NCBI RefSeq assembly: GCF_006345805.1
Contig: NC_043008.1
Span: forward strand, 620,001 to 684,000
DNA length: 64,000 nt
Source: Octopus sinensis
Taxonomy: Eukaryota
Direction: 5' to 3'
The notes beneath the pieces were generated by a model that made no database searches, was not told where the DNA came from, and saw only the letters and a list, made by a program, of their open reading frames with translations. The translations under genes and the position numbers were made by a program. Shown piece after piece: positions 1 to 13,619 of this stretch; position 1 is the first letter of the stretch; each line of letters starts with the position of its first letter.

Positions 1-863
1 GGCGGCTTGGTAACTATATATAAGTGTCGTCTGTTTATACATAAACACTGTTTCATACTGCAATTATATATACATAATCTATATATAATATTATATAATA
101 AAATATATACAGAGTAACATAAAAACTAATTTACCTTTTCTGTCCGTCCGTGTGTCTTTGCAAATGTGTTGGAATGATAAGTGAGTTGAGTTTTGGCGCC
201 TTTTTTACTAATAACAAACACCACGTGTTTGTATGTAGTTGTATGTGTATGTAGTTGTATGTAGTTGTATATGTATGTGTATGCGTGTGTGTGAGGAATG
301 ACACACACAGACTCACGCACGCACACATGTACATCAATGCTTTCGGAGTGATATGTTAAAATATTGAGTTTTCTCGAATTTTGTCTTAATTGGTGGTAAA
401 ATTGAAAGAAATTTTTTATGGCATCACCCACTGAAGTACTCTGAAAAATCTTAGGTAAATTCTAATTGAAGAAATTGTGTGAGGATTAAATGGTTATGTA
501 TTTATTTGTTTCTGTTTGCTGTGTTTTTTTTTTTTTTTTGAGTAGTGGTTTAAATACTTTCAGTTTAGTCTTCCTCAAATCACTCTGTCGCTATTTACTT
601 TCATTTTATTCGTCGCACACTGTGTGTGTGCGTTTGCGTGTGGTGTAAACCAGACTAAGAAAAGCATTGACACACACACCAGAATGTGAGTTTTCTGTAA
701 ATTTTGCTTAATTGGAGTTTAAATTTTAAAAACTGGACCTGGCATGACGCGATGCATTGTACTCTTAAAAATGCTAGGTAAATTGTAATTGAAGAAATCC
801 TATATTGTAGATTTGTAAAACTCCCAAAGGGAGGCAGATAAAATCTGCCTTTTATAATAAGAG

Positions 864-865
<2 letters not shown>
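1..865 (-). mobile_element. Putative non-autonomous Helitron-like element, 5' end at 865, other end outside the window or not recognisable
   Basis: The minus strand begins ATCTCTTATTATAAAAGGCAG, resembling the A|TC start of Helitron-type elements. Two subterminal hairpins are present (CTCCC-AAA-GGGAG 821-833; AGGCAGAT-AAA-ATCTGCCT 832-850), with internal CA/TG microsatellites. No Rep/helicase coding sequence was seen. Confidence 0.4.
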
Positions 866-866
<1 letters not shown>

Positions 867-930
<64 letters not shown>

Positions 931-1097
931 TATGTTTGACTTTTGCATTACATTTATACAAGTTGGCTCCAAGTCTCACCCAGAGACCTCAAGAGACAAC
1001 AAGTTGGAAGTTCATGTTGTTGCTATGCCTAGGGTGCCATATATTTGGTTTTGTACATAGTGTTGTACTAGTGAATGCCTAAAAAACCATACGAAAA

Positions 1098-1182
<85 letters not shown>

Positions 1183-1360
1183 TATTATTATTCTATGTTT
1201 GACTTTTGCATTACATTTATACAAGTTGGCTCCAAGTCTCACCCAGAGACCTCAAGAGACAACAAGTTGGAAGTTCATGTTGTTGCTATGCCTAGGGTGC
1301 CATATATTTGGTTTTGTACATAGTGTTGTACTAGTGAATGCCTAAAAAACCATACGAAAA

Positions 1361-1440
<80 letters not shown>
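867..1440. repeat. Tandem duplication (period 263 bp) of (ATT)n plus a ~169-bp unique unit, probably a LINE 3' UTR with an (AAT)n tail on the minus strand
   Basis: 930-1098 and 1193-1361 are identical by eye and separated and flanked by (ATT)n. The LINE 3'-UTR identity is inference. Confidence 0.85.
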
Positions 1441-1441
<1 letters not shown>

Positions 1442-1491
1442 TACTATTATTATTATTAATATTATTGTTATTATTGTTGTTGTTGTTGTGT

Positions 1492-1640
1492 TCCAGACTT
1501 CCCGTCTACTTATTTCTCTCAAAAGCTACTGGTCGATTCGACTCTATATAAGAAAGTACTTGCTCGAAGTACCGCGCATTGGGACTGAACTGGAAACTAA
1601 GTCGTTGCTAAAACAATTTCTTAACTACACGGCTATACCT
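1492..1640 (-). mobile_element. Decayed tRNA-derived SINE head (family B)
   Basis: Degenerate reverse-complement match to the head of the SINE copies at 5520-5890 and 8180-8590. Confidence 0.55.
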
Positions 1641-2179
1641 AATATCTAATTGATGTTGATTGTTATCGTTTGAATATCTCCGGAACCGCTATCGCTATGT
1701 ATATATTTACATTACGCATTAAAAGACCACCTCAGAAACACCCTTGAGAACCACTCCCAGCGTCGTTTCGACTCTAAATTGGTTCCCTTCTTCAGTAAAG
1801 AAATGGCTGCCTTTTACTCGCTCGTAATTTGAACTAAAAATTACAACCGCAGACAAGAATAACAGAATGGAATAACCGCTCGGAATCCTGAATTGGATAC
1901 CGTGGTGAAGAGTAATTGATCTAACGACGAATTCTCCTGATGCCATATATATATACATATATCATGTATATATATATATATACATGCATACGAACACACG
2001 AACGCACAAACACACACATTTATATATATATGTATATATACATAAACATACACATGCATACTTATATATATATATACATGTATACATATATATACATATA
2101 TATGTATAGGTATATAAGTGTGTACGTAGGTATGTATATGTAAGCATACACTTACACATACTCACAGACACATGCGCTT

Positions 2180-2210
<31 letters not shown>

Positions 2211-2876
2211 GTGTGTGTGTGTATATATATATATATATGTGTGTGTGTGTATATACATATATATAAAAAATATACATACATACACACACACACACACACA
2301 ACACACACACACACAACACACACACACACATATATATATGTAAAGCCTGAACGTGATTTGTGTGCCTGGCTGTATGTGAGCGCGTGTTTTGTGTCTACAT
2401 ATCACCTTATCATGATTTGACATCACAGCAATGAATATATCTTAAAACAACAAAGAAGATGTGATATAAGTTTTCGTTACAATTCTTATTAATTTCATAA
2501 AGCGAACTTCGTAGGTTTATAAATATTTAGATTATATTTATCTTCAGCGAACATTCGTACTTTACATTATAGATTTGGGAAAATAAACACAACGTCGAGA
2601 TTATTTAGAGACTATCAAGTTTAATACGGAAGATTGAAAAAGTAGAGCGAAAATAGACTAATTATACGAAGAAGATGAAGACAGATCTGAGGTTTATAGA
2701 GTACGAAATAATAGTGGCTTTCCGTTATATTTGTAGGCCGTCGTCGCCACTCGGCAAAGTGGAGTGAATGGTAAAAGCATATTTTTATTTAAACAAAGTT
2801 AAATGAACAGATATGACAAATTTATACGAAGGAAATGAAATATACATACATACACACACGCACACGTACATGTGTG

Positions 2877-2927
<51 letters not shown>

Positions 2928-2954
2928 ATGTGTGTGTGTGTGTGTGTGGGTGTA

Positions 2955-2985
<31 letters not shown>

Positions 2986-3442
2986 GTATGTGCGTGTGTG
3001 TGCGTCTGTCATTGACTCAGTAGCCAGACTACCTTAGTAATAGGATCTTCAGTGTAAAACACAACATCGAGGGCAGTCAATATATATACAGACAGTGGCA
3101 CTCATGGCTTCTGATCTTAACTGACTGCAAGTGTTGTCATGTATAAAAAATGGGCTACAGCAAATATTCTACTCAGTGCCACAGATTTGCTTATCAGTTG
3201 TTCGACCATAACCCGTGGACCATGTCCCTTAACGGCTGACGATATGTGCATCTCTGATCACGAGCAGAAGTAATGGGGGAGCATCATAGCCATGTGCTGA
3301 GAGGGATTCTTTGGGGTTTGAATAATTCACCTCTGGAAACATGGGTGGATTTTTCAACATCCTTAAACAACCCTTATTCAGGGACCTTTTGAGCAGGATG
3401 GGCTACTCAACCTGAAGAAAATTCTAACTGGGCCCCACCTGC

Positions 3443-3690
<248 letters not shown>

Positions 3691-5329
3691 AAGAAAGAAG
3701 GGTAGAGAATTTAGAGTGAAAGAGTTTGAAGTGAGGCATGGATCTCATTCGTTGACAGCCTAAAATAATCGGTATTTCAGGAAGAAACCGCAGCCGTACG
3801 TCACGATAAATGTAGATGATTCAAAAAATTACTTCTTCATTTGTATTCTAGTCAATGTCAGAATTCATAAAATAATTCCGGCAGCCATGTTGTCTGACGT
3901 AACCCACCTCTTAACAAACTTAATTCGTTCAAATCTACGCACTCAGACTAATGATAATCCCTCACTGATCGCCACTCAATTTACGTCTATAAACTGACAT
4001 ATTTAATTACGTAAAATAGCGTTTTCTCAATGTAAATCAAGTCTTTTGAGATATTTGATCTGAAGTGTAAGAATTAGCAAGATATTAAATAAACATAAAA
4101 GAGTTGTCTCAGTGATAATCTTTTGTTATATAATTCTGTTCATATTTAGAAAAAACATCACGTCTCAGAGTAGATTTAGTCTTAATACTTTGTTACAGTT
4201 CTGTTCCTTTTTAGAAAACATATAACAGAAACTATAAAAAAAACCGTTTAGGAAACATTTTCGGAATACAAATAGATTCAAGTGTTTGACTGGAACTGTA
4301 TTCTATCGACTCCCGAATGATGGAAAACAAATCTCTGTATTCAAATCCCATTTCGCTTCACTTTTTTTATATTCTTCTGGGATTGATTGAAAAAAAGTAT
4401 GGCGGAAAGGAAGACGAAAGACGCGGTTCCATTAAACAGAGCTTCCTGTCATTTCTCCACTAATGAAACAGTTAAGTTTAGCAGGTTATTTTCAGCATAT
4501 ATTAACATCATTGTGTATGTGATCTTTGGGTGTTACGAAATGAATCGCGCAGAGAATCGGAACTATCACTTCCTGCTTGTCTTCCACTATGGATAATATA
4601 TATTTAGTAATTGTATAGCGATCGGATCAATATGCGTAGAGAAGTTTCACAGTCAGTTGAATCAATCTTAATATATTCCTAAATAGGTAGAAGGTCTCAA
4701 ATATGGAGGAAAGGGACAGCCGGGTAAAGCATCATTAGTATGCGATTGGTAATTTCTATTGTTAGACTTGGAAACATGAAAGTCAAAATAGTCTTAGGAG
4801 GGATTTGAACGCCAAACATAAATGGCTGAGCCAAATAGGGCTAAGCTCTGGCGATTGTTCAATGAGAGTTCAGGGAACGTCGATATTAAAAGTTGAGAGA
4901 TATGACAAGTATAACAGCTCGGTTTATTGCTTTTCAAAGGAGCTGAGAACAAAAAGAAAAAGACGGAGTTGTTGGCCCCGATTGGCCTTTAGTTGGCCCT
5001 GGATGTCGGCGAGTGAAAGCGAGATGTAAATGAATCGTGAGGATTTTCATAGCCCCCAATACTTAACAATATAAATTATTCTGTGCCGTGAGTATCGTAT
5101 TTTCACTGAAGATGATCTTACCAAGATAATCTGTATCATTGGCATCTGAGTCAATGATGTCCTCCCATTCTACTACCAGCCTTGCTTATTTGTCTTCATC
5201 AGATGAATCCTGGAAGTTTTAAAATAGAGTTGTAAGAGAAAGGATGACCAGCCGTGTTGATATGTGTTGATCTGGTTGGAAATTAATAGTGACAAAGGAG
5301 ATTGTTTGGCCATCCAGATCTGGCACCGC

Positions 5330-5510
5330 TTTCCCTAACCAGCTCGGAAATTTCAGCCATCATTGTTCTGGTTGTTGTCAATCTTATCGGGGCAGAAATT
5401 GCTGTTCGCAAGGGCGAACCCCGTGAGTGAGAGTGGCTGTTCCAGTGCATCTCTCTCGCTATCCTCCGAGGCAACGCCTTTTTCAGTCTGTCTGCTGGTG
5501 CCATGAGAAA
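5330..5510 (+). pseudogene. CRE-clade non-LTR retrotransposon 3' fragment (end of the restriction-like endonuclease domain)
   Basis: With frameshift correction it reads approximately VRKGEPRESEWLFQCISLAILRGNA, homologous to 23600-23690 (ESEWLLQRISLAPRRGNA). Confidence 0.6.
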
Positions 5511-5519
5511 TGTTTCTGT

Positions 5520-5890
5520 GGCTGTGTGGTGAAGACAACATGGTCCTGGGTTCGGTCCAACTGCGTGGCACCTTGGGCAATTGTCTTCTATTATAGTCTT
5601 GTGAGTGGATTAGGTAGACGGAAACTTAAAGAAGCCCATCGTATATATATATGTATACATCTATGTGTGTTTGTCTTTATCTCTGTGTTTGTCCCCCACC
5701 CACCAACCCACGCTTGACAACTGGTGCTGGTGTGTTTACGTTCCCGTCACTCAGCGGTTCGGCAAAAAAGAAACCGATAGAATAAGTACTAGGCTTAAGA
5801 TACAAGTCCTTGGGTCGATTTCTTCAACTTAAAGCCCTTCAAGGCGGTGCTCCAGCATGGCCGCAGTCGAGTGACTGAAACAAATAAAAG
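5520..5890 (+). mobile_element. tRNA-derived SINE (family B) with internal TA/TG microsatellite
   Basis: GGCTGTGTGGT...GGGTTCGGTCC A/B-box-like head, CCTTGGGCAA core, and AAGGCGGTGCTCCAGCATGGCCGCAGTC...GAAACAAATAAAAG tail shared with other copies in the window. Confidence 0.85.
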
Positions 5891-6179
5891 AATCTGAGAA
5901 TAAAGAATATTGTGAGAGGCAAAAGGCTTCGTATTTTTATTGGATGTTTTGTCCAAAGTGGCGCTCGAACAATCAATCGGTTGTTTCGTTGCTCTAAGTC
6001 CGTCCGACCCACAAAGCTTCCCGGGGAAACCCGAACTGGGCCTACTAACGGTCAGACGATGGAAAAATGGTCACATTTTGCTATGAGACAATCCGTGAAA
6101 GGGAGATCAGCTGATCACACTGTTGGAAATGTCAACATTCCCCTTTCTTAATTATCTGCAATTATCTACTGCTCGTTAT

Positions 6180-6211
6180 CGTGGATGTTGTTGTTGTTGT
6201 TGTTCTTGTTG

Positions 6212-6247
<36 letters not shown>

Positions 6248-6301
6248 GTTGCTGTTGTTTACTGCAATTATCTGCTGTTGTGGATGGCAGCGACATTGTC
6301 A

Positions 6302-6340
<39 letters not shown>

Positions 6341-6430
6341 CAGCAGCAGCAGTTGTAGTAAAAGTAGTAATAGTAGTAGTAGTAGTAGTAGTAGTAGCTG
6401 CTGTTGTTGTTGGTGTTGTTGTTGTTTTTG
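6180..6430. repeat. Compound trinucleotide microsatellite (GTT/GAT/GTA/GCA)
   Basis: Directly visible. Confidence 0.9.
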
Positions 6431-7063
6431 CTGTTGTTTATCTTTGTGTGTCAGGAAAACAAGGTGAGAAAAACAAAACAAGAAATTAAAGAATTAAAAA
6501 TAAGTTAAAAAGTTGGACGGTGATTTGTCAGCAGTTGACTCATTGTACGAAGTGAAGGACATCGTTTTACAGTTATGGCCCGGACAGACAGACAGAAAGA
6601 TAGACAGGCAGACAGAGATAGACATAGAAGGAGATAATATGCAGGGAGAGAGGATGCAAGAAAGGAAACAATGAGAGAGAGAGAGAAGAAGGAACAGAGT
6701 GAGGGAGAGAGTAGAGAAGTGCAACTGAGCGAGCGAACGAGGGGTGAGAGAAAGAAAGAAAGAAAGACAGGAAGAGAGAGTGAGCAAGAGGGAGAGAGAG
6801 AGAAAGCAGAAACAAGGAAAGGAAGAGAGAGAGAGAGAGGCTTTAGGAAGTGAGCGAAAGAGAAAATTGTGTATGTGTGTGTGTGTGTGAGTGAGAGAGA
6901 GATAAGAAGAGAAAGTGAAAATGAGAAAGAGAGAATGATGAAGTGAATACGATAGATGAATAAATAGACAGACAGAGAGAGGGGGAGAGAGAGAAAGTGA
7001 CAAGGAAGAGAAAAGAGAGAGTTCTGACGAGTCAGAGACAGAAAGAGAAAACGTGTGTATATA

Positions 7064-7101
<38 letters not shown>

Positions 7102-7552
7102 GAAGAGAAAGAATGAAAGAGGGGTGAAGTGAATAAGATAGATAGATAGATAGATAGATAGAGAAGGGGAAAGTGAGATGTATGAAGTAAGCAAAAAAAA
7201 AAAGGTTTTTAAGGAGTGGCCTATGACGATGGTTAGGAGGTGTATAATTCAGGGGTCGCTGGGCTAGATTGTATTTTTTTTTGTGAGTGTTTTTGTTTGG
7301 GCTTTGGGGAATGGATGGGAAATGTTTTTATATTTTAGTTATTTTTTTAACATTTTTGATTCATGTTCTTTTTTATTTTATTTATTCTTGTTGTTATCTC
7401 CCGAAAAATTCTAAGTATTTTTTTTCTAATTTTCCTTTTTGTATTTTTGAAATTTTTTTCGGATTTCAGCTTTTGGCAACAACAGCTAAATATTATTATT
7501 ATTATTTGTTTTGGTAATTGTATCAATTTACGCACGCATGCACTGACACAAA

Positions 7553-7605
<53 letters not shown>

Positions 7606-8179
7606 GCGCACACACACACACAACACACACACACACACACCACACACACACACATAAACACACACAGACACATACATACACATTTATATACATACATGTG
7701 TATATATATATTTGTGTGTATCTGTATGTATGCGCATATATCTATATGTAAATGTGTAACATTTTTTAAATTCACCTGTGATGTCAACATCATTCTGCAT
7801 ATGTCCTGCACGTGCTATGTATATTATTTAGGCATTAAATGACACCAGGGGTCAATATATCGCAGGCATGCGCATTTGTTTCCAGCTAAACACAGAATCC
7901 TTGATACAGCAAACACACAATTACTCAAACACCAAAGCAAACGTCGTTGGTATCGGCGTTTCCTCGTCACCAATGATCAGAAGTTTTCAAACTTTTTGGG
8001 ACATCGCCCCCCACCCATGGCCACATAATACCCTCAACTCCCACACCCCTATTTTATGTATAAATAAATATTTTATACATTATTTATATTATTTACATTA
8101 TTTACATTCAACGGATATTTGTCCTCATCTTGTTTGTTGTTAACAAAACGTTTCGGCTGATATACCCTCCAGCCTTGTA

Positions 8180-8404
8180 TTCTTTTATTTGTTTCAGTCA
8201 TTTGACTGCGGCGATGCTGGAGCAAATCGACCCCAGGACTTATTCTTTGTAAACCTAGTACTTATTCTATCGGTCTCTTTTGCCGAAATGCTAAGTTACG
8301 GGGACGTAAACACATTAGCGTCGGTTGTGAAGCGGTGTTGGAGGGACTACCACAGATACTCAAACACATACACAGGCGTGCGTGCACGCACACACCTACC
8401 CACG

Positions 8405-8436
<32 letters not shown>

Positions 8437-8590
8437 CGACGGGTTTCTTTCAGTTTCCGTCTACCAAATGCACTCAGAAGGCTTTGTTCGGCTCGAGGCT
8501 ATAGCAGAAGACACTTGCCCAAGGCGCCACGTAGTGGGGCTGAACCCGGAACCATGTGGTTGGTAAGCAAGCTACTTACCACACAGCCAC
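8180..8590 (-). mobile_element. tRNA-derived SINE (family B)
   Basis: Full reverse-complement copy of the family B head, core and tail. Confidence 0.9.
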
Positions 8591-8629
8591 TCCTGCCCCT
8601 ATATATATATCTGTGTGTGTATGTGTGTG

Positions 8630-8662
<33 letters not shown>

Positions 8663-9176
8663 GTATATATAATTATTATTATTATTATTATTATTATTGT
8701 TATTATTATATTATGTTATTATTATTATTATTATTATTGTTATTATATTATTATTATTATTATTAATGTGTAACCTTACAGGTTTATATGTTTCGATCAT
8801 CTTCCCTAAGTTATGGAACAAGATCGACATAACCAAAATCCATTAATTTATATATCGACACGGAAATAAGAAAAAAATTTCTAAAAGCAGAAACTCTTCC
8901 TGCATAGAACAGCATATAACATTATGTTAATATCGAATGTTAACTCGTTGAAGTTTACAACAGCTTCGAGCACAGAGTGTGGCGCCTGACTTCATAGCTA
9001 TTCAAACTGGAGATAATTCTCTCATTGTATCAGACCTCCCAAATTTCTCGTCTGCTTGTAAGAGTTGTACATACTTGAACTGTGTAATAGAAATTCCTTG
9101 GAATTATTAAAAAGGTCACGATATTTTCAAGTGGTATGATATACATACAAACATGCTCATCTATCTATCTCGCTCG

Positions 9177-9209
<33 letters not shown>

Positions 9210-9324
9210 TTCTCTTTCTCTCTCACCCTCTCACTATATATGTACATATATATATATGTATATGTATGTATATGTATATATATGTATGTGTATATATATA
9301 TATATGTATGTATATATATATATA

Positions 9325-12300
9325 TACTTTGATACTTTGATACTTTGATAGGTTTCGGCCATTATTGGCCCAGGCCATGTCTAACTTAATAGCACCACCT
9401 GGTGAAGTCTTTCAAGTCAGAATTTGGGCACTATGGCCCACTCAAGTAGAGAGTTATTGTTTACAGAGACATATCCGGGTGTAGGGGGTTTATCCGGGAT
9501 TTCTTGAAGGAATCTGTCCAAAGACTTCTTGAACCCTATAGGGTCAGTTTCTGTTTTAATATGTTTTGGTGTAATGTTAAGAGAGCGGGGCCAATTGAGG
9601 TGAAATAATTGTGCCGTATTGTTGTTATGAGATGAGAGTGCGATTTTTGTTTTGGCGGATGGCACGGGGCCCAAGCCTTGGATGTACCTTAAAGGTGATG
9701 CCAACATCATTTGGGCAATGCTGATGGAATATTTTCCACATCATGCAGATGATGTAGCGCTCACGACGACGTTGGAGAGAATAGAGTTTTAGCTTTTCTA
9801 GTCGACCCCAATAGTCGAGGCCTGTCATGCCATCTATCTTTTTTGTGATTGCCCTTTGAGGTGCTTCAACTTTTATGATACCTTGTATTGTGTGGGGAGA
9901 CCTTGTATATGAGTGACCCAGCTTACGTTGTTGTCCACAATTACTCCCAGGTCTCTGATGTTGTTGGACGCCGCGAGAGTTTCACCTGAAGGAAGGGAGT
10001 ATGGGAGTTTCAGGGCATCCTCTTTTCCAAAGTAGATTAGCTCAAATTTATCCTCGTTCAGCAGCATATTGTTTTTTTCTGCCCATTGGATAACAGCCAG
10101 TAGATCTGACTGAAGGCATGTCCGGTCACTCGCCTCATTTATGACCTTCTGTAGCTTGGAGTCATCTGCAAAGATTTTTATGTTGCTGTGCTTGATGATG
10201 TCATTAATGTCATTAATGTAAATGATGAAAGAAGTGGGCCCAGCACAGTGCCTTGCGGAACGCCACTACTGACTTTGGCTGGGCTTGATTTTACCCCTTC
10301 AACTACAACATGTTGAGATCTGTCTGTCAGGAAACACTTAATCCATTTCAGTAACTTTCCAGAGACAACCAATGTTGGATAGTTTTTTTTTCAATAGGAT
10401 CTTGTGATCGACCCTGTCGAAGGCCTTACTGAAATCAAGGTAGATGACATTGGTGTTGGAGCCCTCTCCCAAAGCTCTCAAAATGTCCTCAAAGTGATGC
10501 AGGAGCTGCGTTAGGCAGTCCCTTCCATTACGGAACCCTGTTGGTTGGAGATCAGCCGTCTGTTGCTTTCCAGAAATTGGGTTATTCGAGATCTCACCAC
10601 CCTCTCAAATACCTTGATGATATGAGAGGTGAGTGAGATCGGACGGTAATTCACTGCAGGGACTTGTTTACCCCTTTTTGAAAACTGGGACAACAGACTG
10701 GGACAGAAGGTTTTTTGGAATATAGCCAGCATCCAGTGAGTTTCTCCCACAGATTAGCAAGGGGAGATGCAAGTTGGTGGTCGACACACACCTTCAGGAC
10801 ACAAGCAGGAACCTATCGGGGCCTACTGCTGAATTGTGTTTTTATTTTCGTTTATCGCCGCTAAGACATCAGGGGCACTAACGTTATGTCCGATATAGTG
10901 TGTTGGGGGTTGACATCACTGATACAGCCCAGATTCGGCCATATCAGGATTGCTGAAAACAGAGCAGTATTGTTTCTGTTCTCTGTCAGTATCTCGGCCA
11001 TGGATTTGGCATTATCTTGGAGAGTGCCAGTTTCGTCAATTAGAGGGCCTACAGTGGAGACAATGACCCTGCGTTTCCTCGCAAATGAAAAGAACACTTT
11101 GGGGTTGAGTTTGATTTTTTCAATGGCCCACTTCTCCTCAGCTGATCTTTGGTTATGATGAGGTCTTCATGCATTGTTGGAGGTTATATTTTTTGGATTC
11201 AAGCAGTGCGATAGCCGTCGAATGTGTGTGTTGCTGTTGGCAGTACTTTAGTTTGTTAATTTTTTTGTTTGTTCTTTTTATTTTCTGAATGGTTTTTTTT
11301 TTCTGTTTGGGGGATTCTGCACTTTTTGTTCACAGGTCTTGGTGGGGAGTGTTTTGCACATATGTCTGTGACGGTGTCTACAAAGATCTGCCAAGATGTT
11401 TTATGGTTGGTGGAGATGTGTGTATGTGTAAGGACCAGTCAACATTTGATAGCTCGTTCCTGATTGCATCCCAGTTGGCTTTATGGAGATCCATGTTGTC
11501 AAATGGGTGGGCTGGAGGAAGGTCACTAGGATTAGCTTTCGGCTGGTGGAATTTCATGTTACAGAGAACCATGTCATGGTCTGAAAGAAGGGTTTTTTCC
11601 ACTGTAACGTTATGTATAGTTTAGTGTGGTTACTAAACACTAGGTCCAAAATGTTCTGATGTCTTGTTGGTGCAAGGACAAGTTGGGACAAGAAAAACTC
11701 ATTCGTAAAGTCGAAAAGTGACTCTGCTGCCTCTTGTCAGCGGTTGAGGCGGGAGTGCTTGGTTTTCAACAGTTTGTAGTCCAGTCACACAGGGTAGATT
11801 GAAGTCTCCCATCATGAGTATGTTGCTAGAATGGCACTGTTGAATAAAGCACTTAATGCTGTTGAGGCATTCTTTAAGCACAGGTTGGTGTTTTGGGCGG
11901 CCTATAGAGCCCAATTACTGTCAGGTCATTGGCTTTGTTGTGCACGGTGACTGATTCACAGTAGCCGTTGGAGAATATACTATTTCCATCTGCGCCGTAA
12001 ATGAATCATGCAGGAAATGGCAGTTCCACCCTTCCTCCTGCCGATACGATCCGCGCGGATGGTTGTGAAATTCTTCACTCTCACTTCGGCTTCCAAGTGG
12101 GAGTTGTCAAGGTTGGTCTCAGTGAGAATGAAGAAAGGGATGTGGTGTGAATGGTTACCACCCAGTCTTCAATGAATTGGACCTTCCATTTTTGTGCATT
12201 GATGGAAGGGCTGACACCTTGTGCATTGAGTAGGAATGTGGAGGTTAGTGTAGTGGCTGGTTTTGACTGTTGCAGGGGGCTTGGATTTTTTGTGTGTTGT

Positions 12301-13010
12301 TAGTGGCAGCAATGTGGGAATTTGGTGCACTGGGGTAATAGCATAGGATGGTGTTGAGTGATGGCTAGAATGTTTTTGTGTATCTCTTTTTTGCCATGTT
12401 CAACATGGCTAAAAAAGAATTTTCCTGCTTAGGGAGCATTTTTTGGCTGGGGTGTGGTTGCACTGTTGGATAGGGTTGTAGTTTCCACTTTTGTTGTTGT
12501 TGTTTTTGTGTCTTCCTGAAAAGACTGGACCAGCATTACTGCAGCAAGGTGTGTTTCTATTTTTATTGTTATTCAGGTTTGTGGTTTGGCTTGAGGCCCC
12601 GTTTCTGTTTGTGCGTCGGGTCCCTGGAAGATGAGTGAAGGGACAGTCACTCAGTAGACATGTTCTCTCACGTTGGGAATACCGGCAGATTTTGGGACTC
12701 CGAGTTGTGTGTGTTTGAATTTCGATTTACTATTTTGTGGTGTTGATGTTATTGTGGGATGGGTGCTTTGGCTTGGCCGGTAGTGCGTCTAGTGCCGGGT
12801 AGATGCGTGAAGATGCAGTCACTATTTGTGCGAGTCTCTGGCGCAGTGAATAGCGGCATATTTGGGGATTTCTTGTTTGTGCCGTGGGGGTGGGGGGCGC
12901 ATTCTGCTTCCTATGTTTCTTTAAGTTTTTGTTACTGCAGTAGTATTGAGGTGGTGATGTGGGGGAAGAGGGCAGTGGTTTCTTATTTGGTTTTCTGTTG
13001 GTAATTTTGG
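9325..13010 (-). mobile_element. CR1-type LINE, 5'-truncated within ORF1, with a (TCAAAGTA)3 octamer tail
   Basis: Endonuclease and reverse transcriptase motifs (see the ORF2 feature). An ORF1 remnant reads CRYSLRQ..(C/R)TNSDCIFTHLPGTRR at about 12785-12870. TACTTTGA x3 at 9325-9348. Confidence 0.9.
9420..12260 (-). pseudogene. CR1-type ORF2 (AP endonuclease + reverse transcriptase), frameshifted
   Basis: FILTETNL, RADRIGRRKGGTAI, MGDFNLP, HKANWDAIRNELSNVDW, NYRPISLTSHIIKVFERVV, YLDFSKAFDRVDH, GVPQGTVLGPLL, IFADDSKL, LKLYSLQRRRERY; multiple frame switches. Confidence 0.92.
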
Positions 13011-13307
13011 TGATAGAAATATATACTATATATATATATATATCTATATATATCGTGCGTGAGTATGTGTTTGTATATACATGTATAAATGTATAAACAT
13101 ATATATGCACGCAATATATGTATATATATATTCATATATATATATACATATGTATATATATATCTATATATATATTACATATGTATATATATGTTGTAAT
13201 ATATATATATATTATATATATATATATATTATATACATATACATATCTATGTATGCATATACATATATGTATATGTGTGTGTGCGCGTTTTTGTGCGTGT
13301 GCGCGCA

Positions 13308-13344
<37 letters not shown>

Positions 13345-13619
13345 CTATGTGGAAACAGACAATTTGTGTGTTTCCACATAGAGCATTTAATTATCCGATT
13401 CAGTGAATTATTCGTTAAATTACCTTGCAAGTAGCTGACCTGGCATTAAGATTGCCAGACGTTTTAAACAGTCGTGTAGTAGACTCGATGGAAGTTTCAA
13501 GCAAATACTCTATAAAGAATTTGTAGCATTGAAGAACAACGGCGCTGCCAGGGATTCTCAGGGTTTCGACCAGAAACCACTGGCTGGTCTGAGAGGGTTT
13601 TCGGACTGGAGTCTATCGC

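Noticed and set aside
7022-7050. CTGACGA-GTC-AGA-GAC-AGAAA hammerhead-like string
   Set aside because: There is an extra base before GAAA and no stem I or III; likely chance in GA-rich sequence.
6494-7194. Ser/Leu-rich 169- and 229-aa ORFs
   Set aside because: Reverse translation of GA-rich low-complexity DNA with a degenerate ~200-bp internal duplication.
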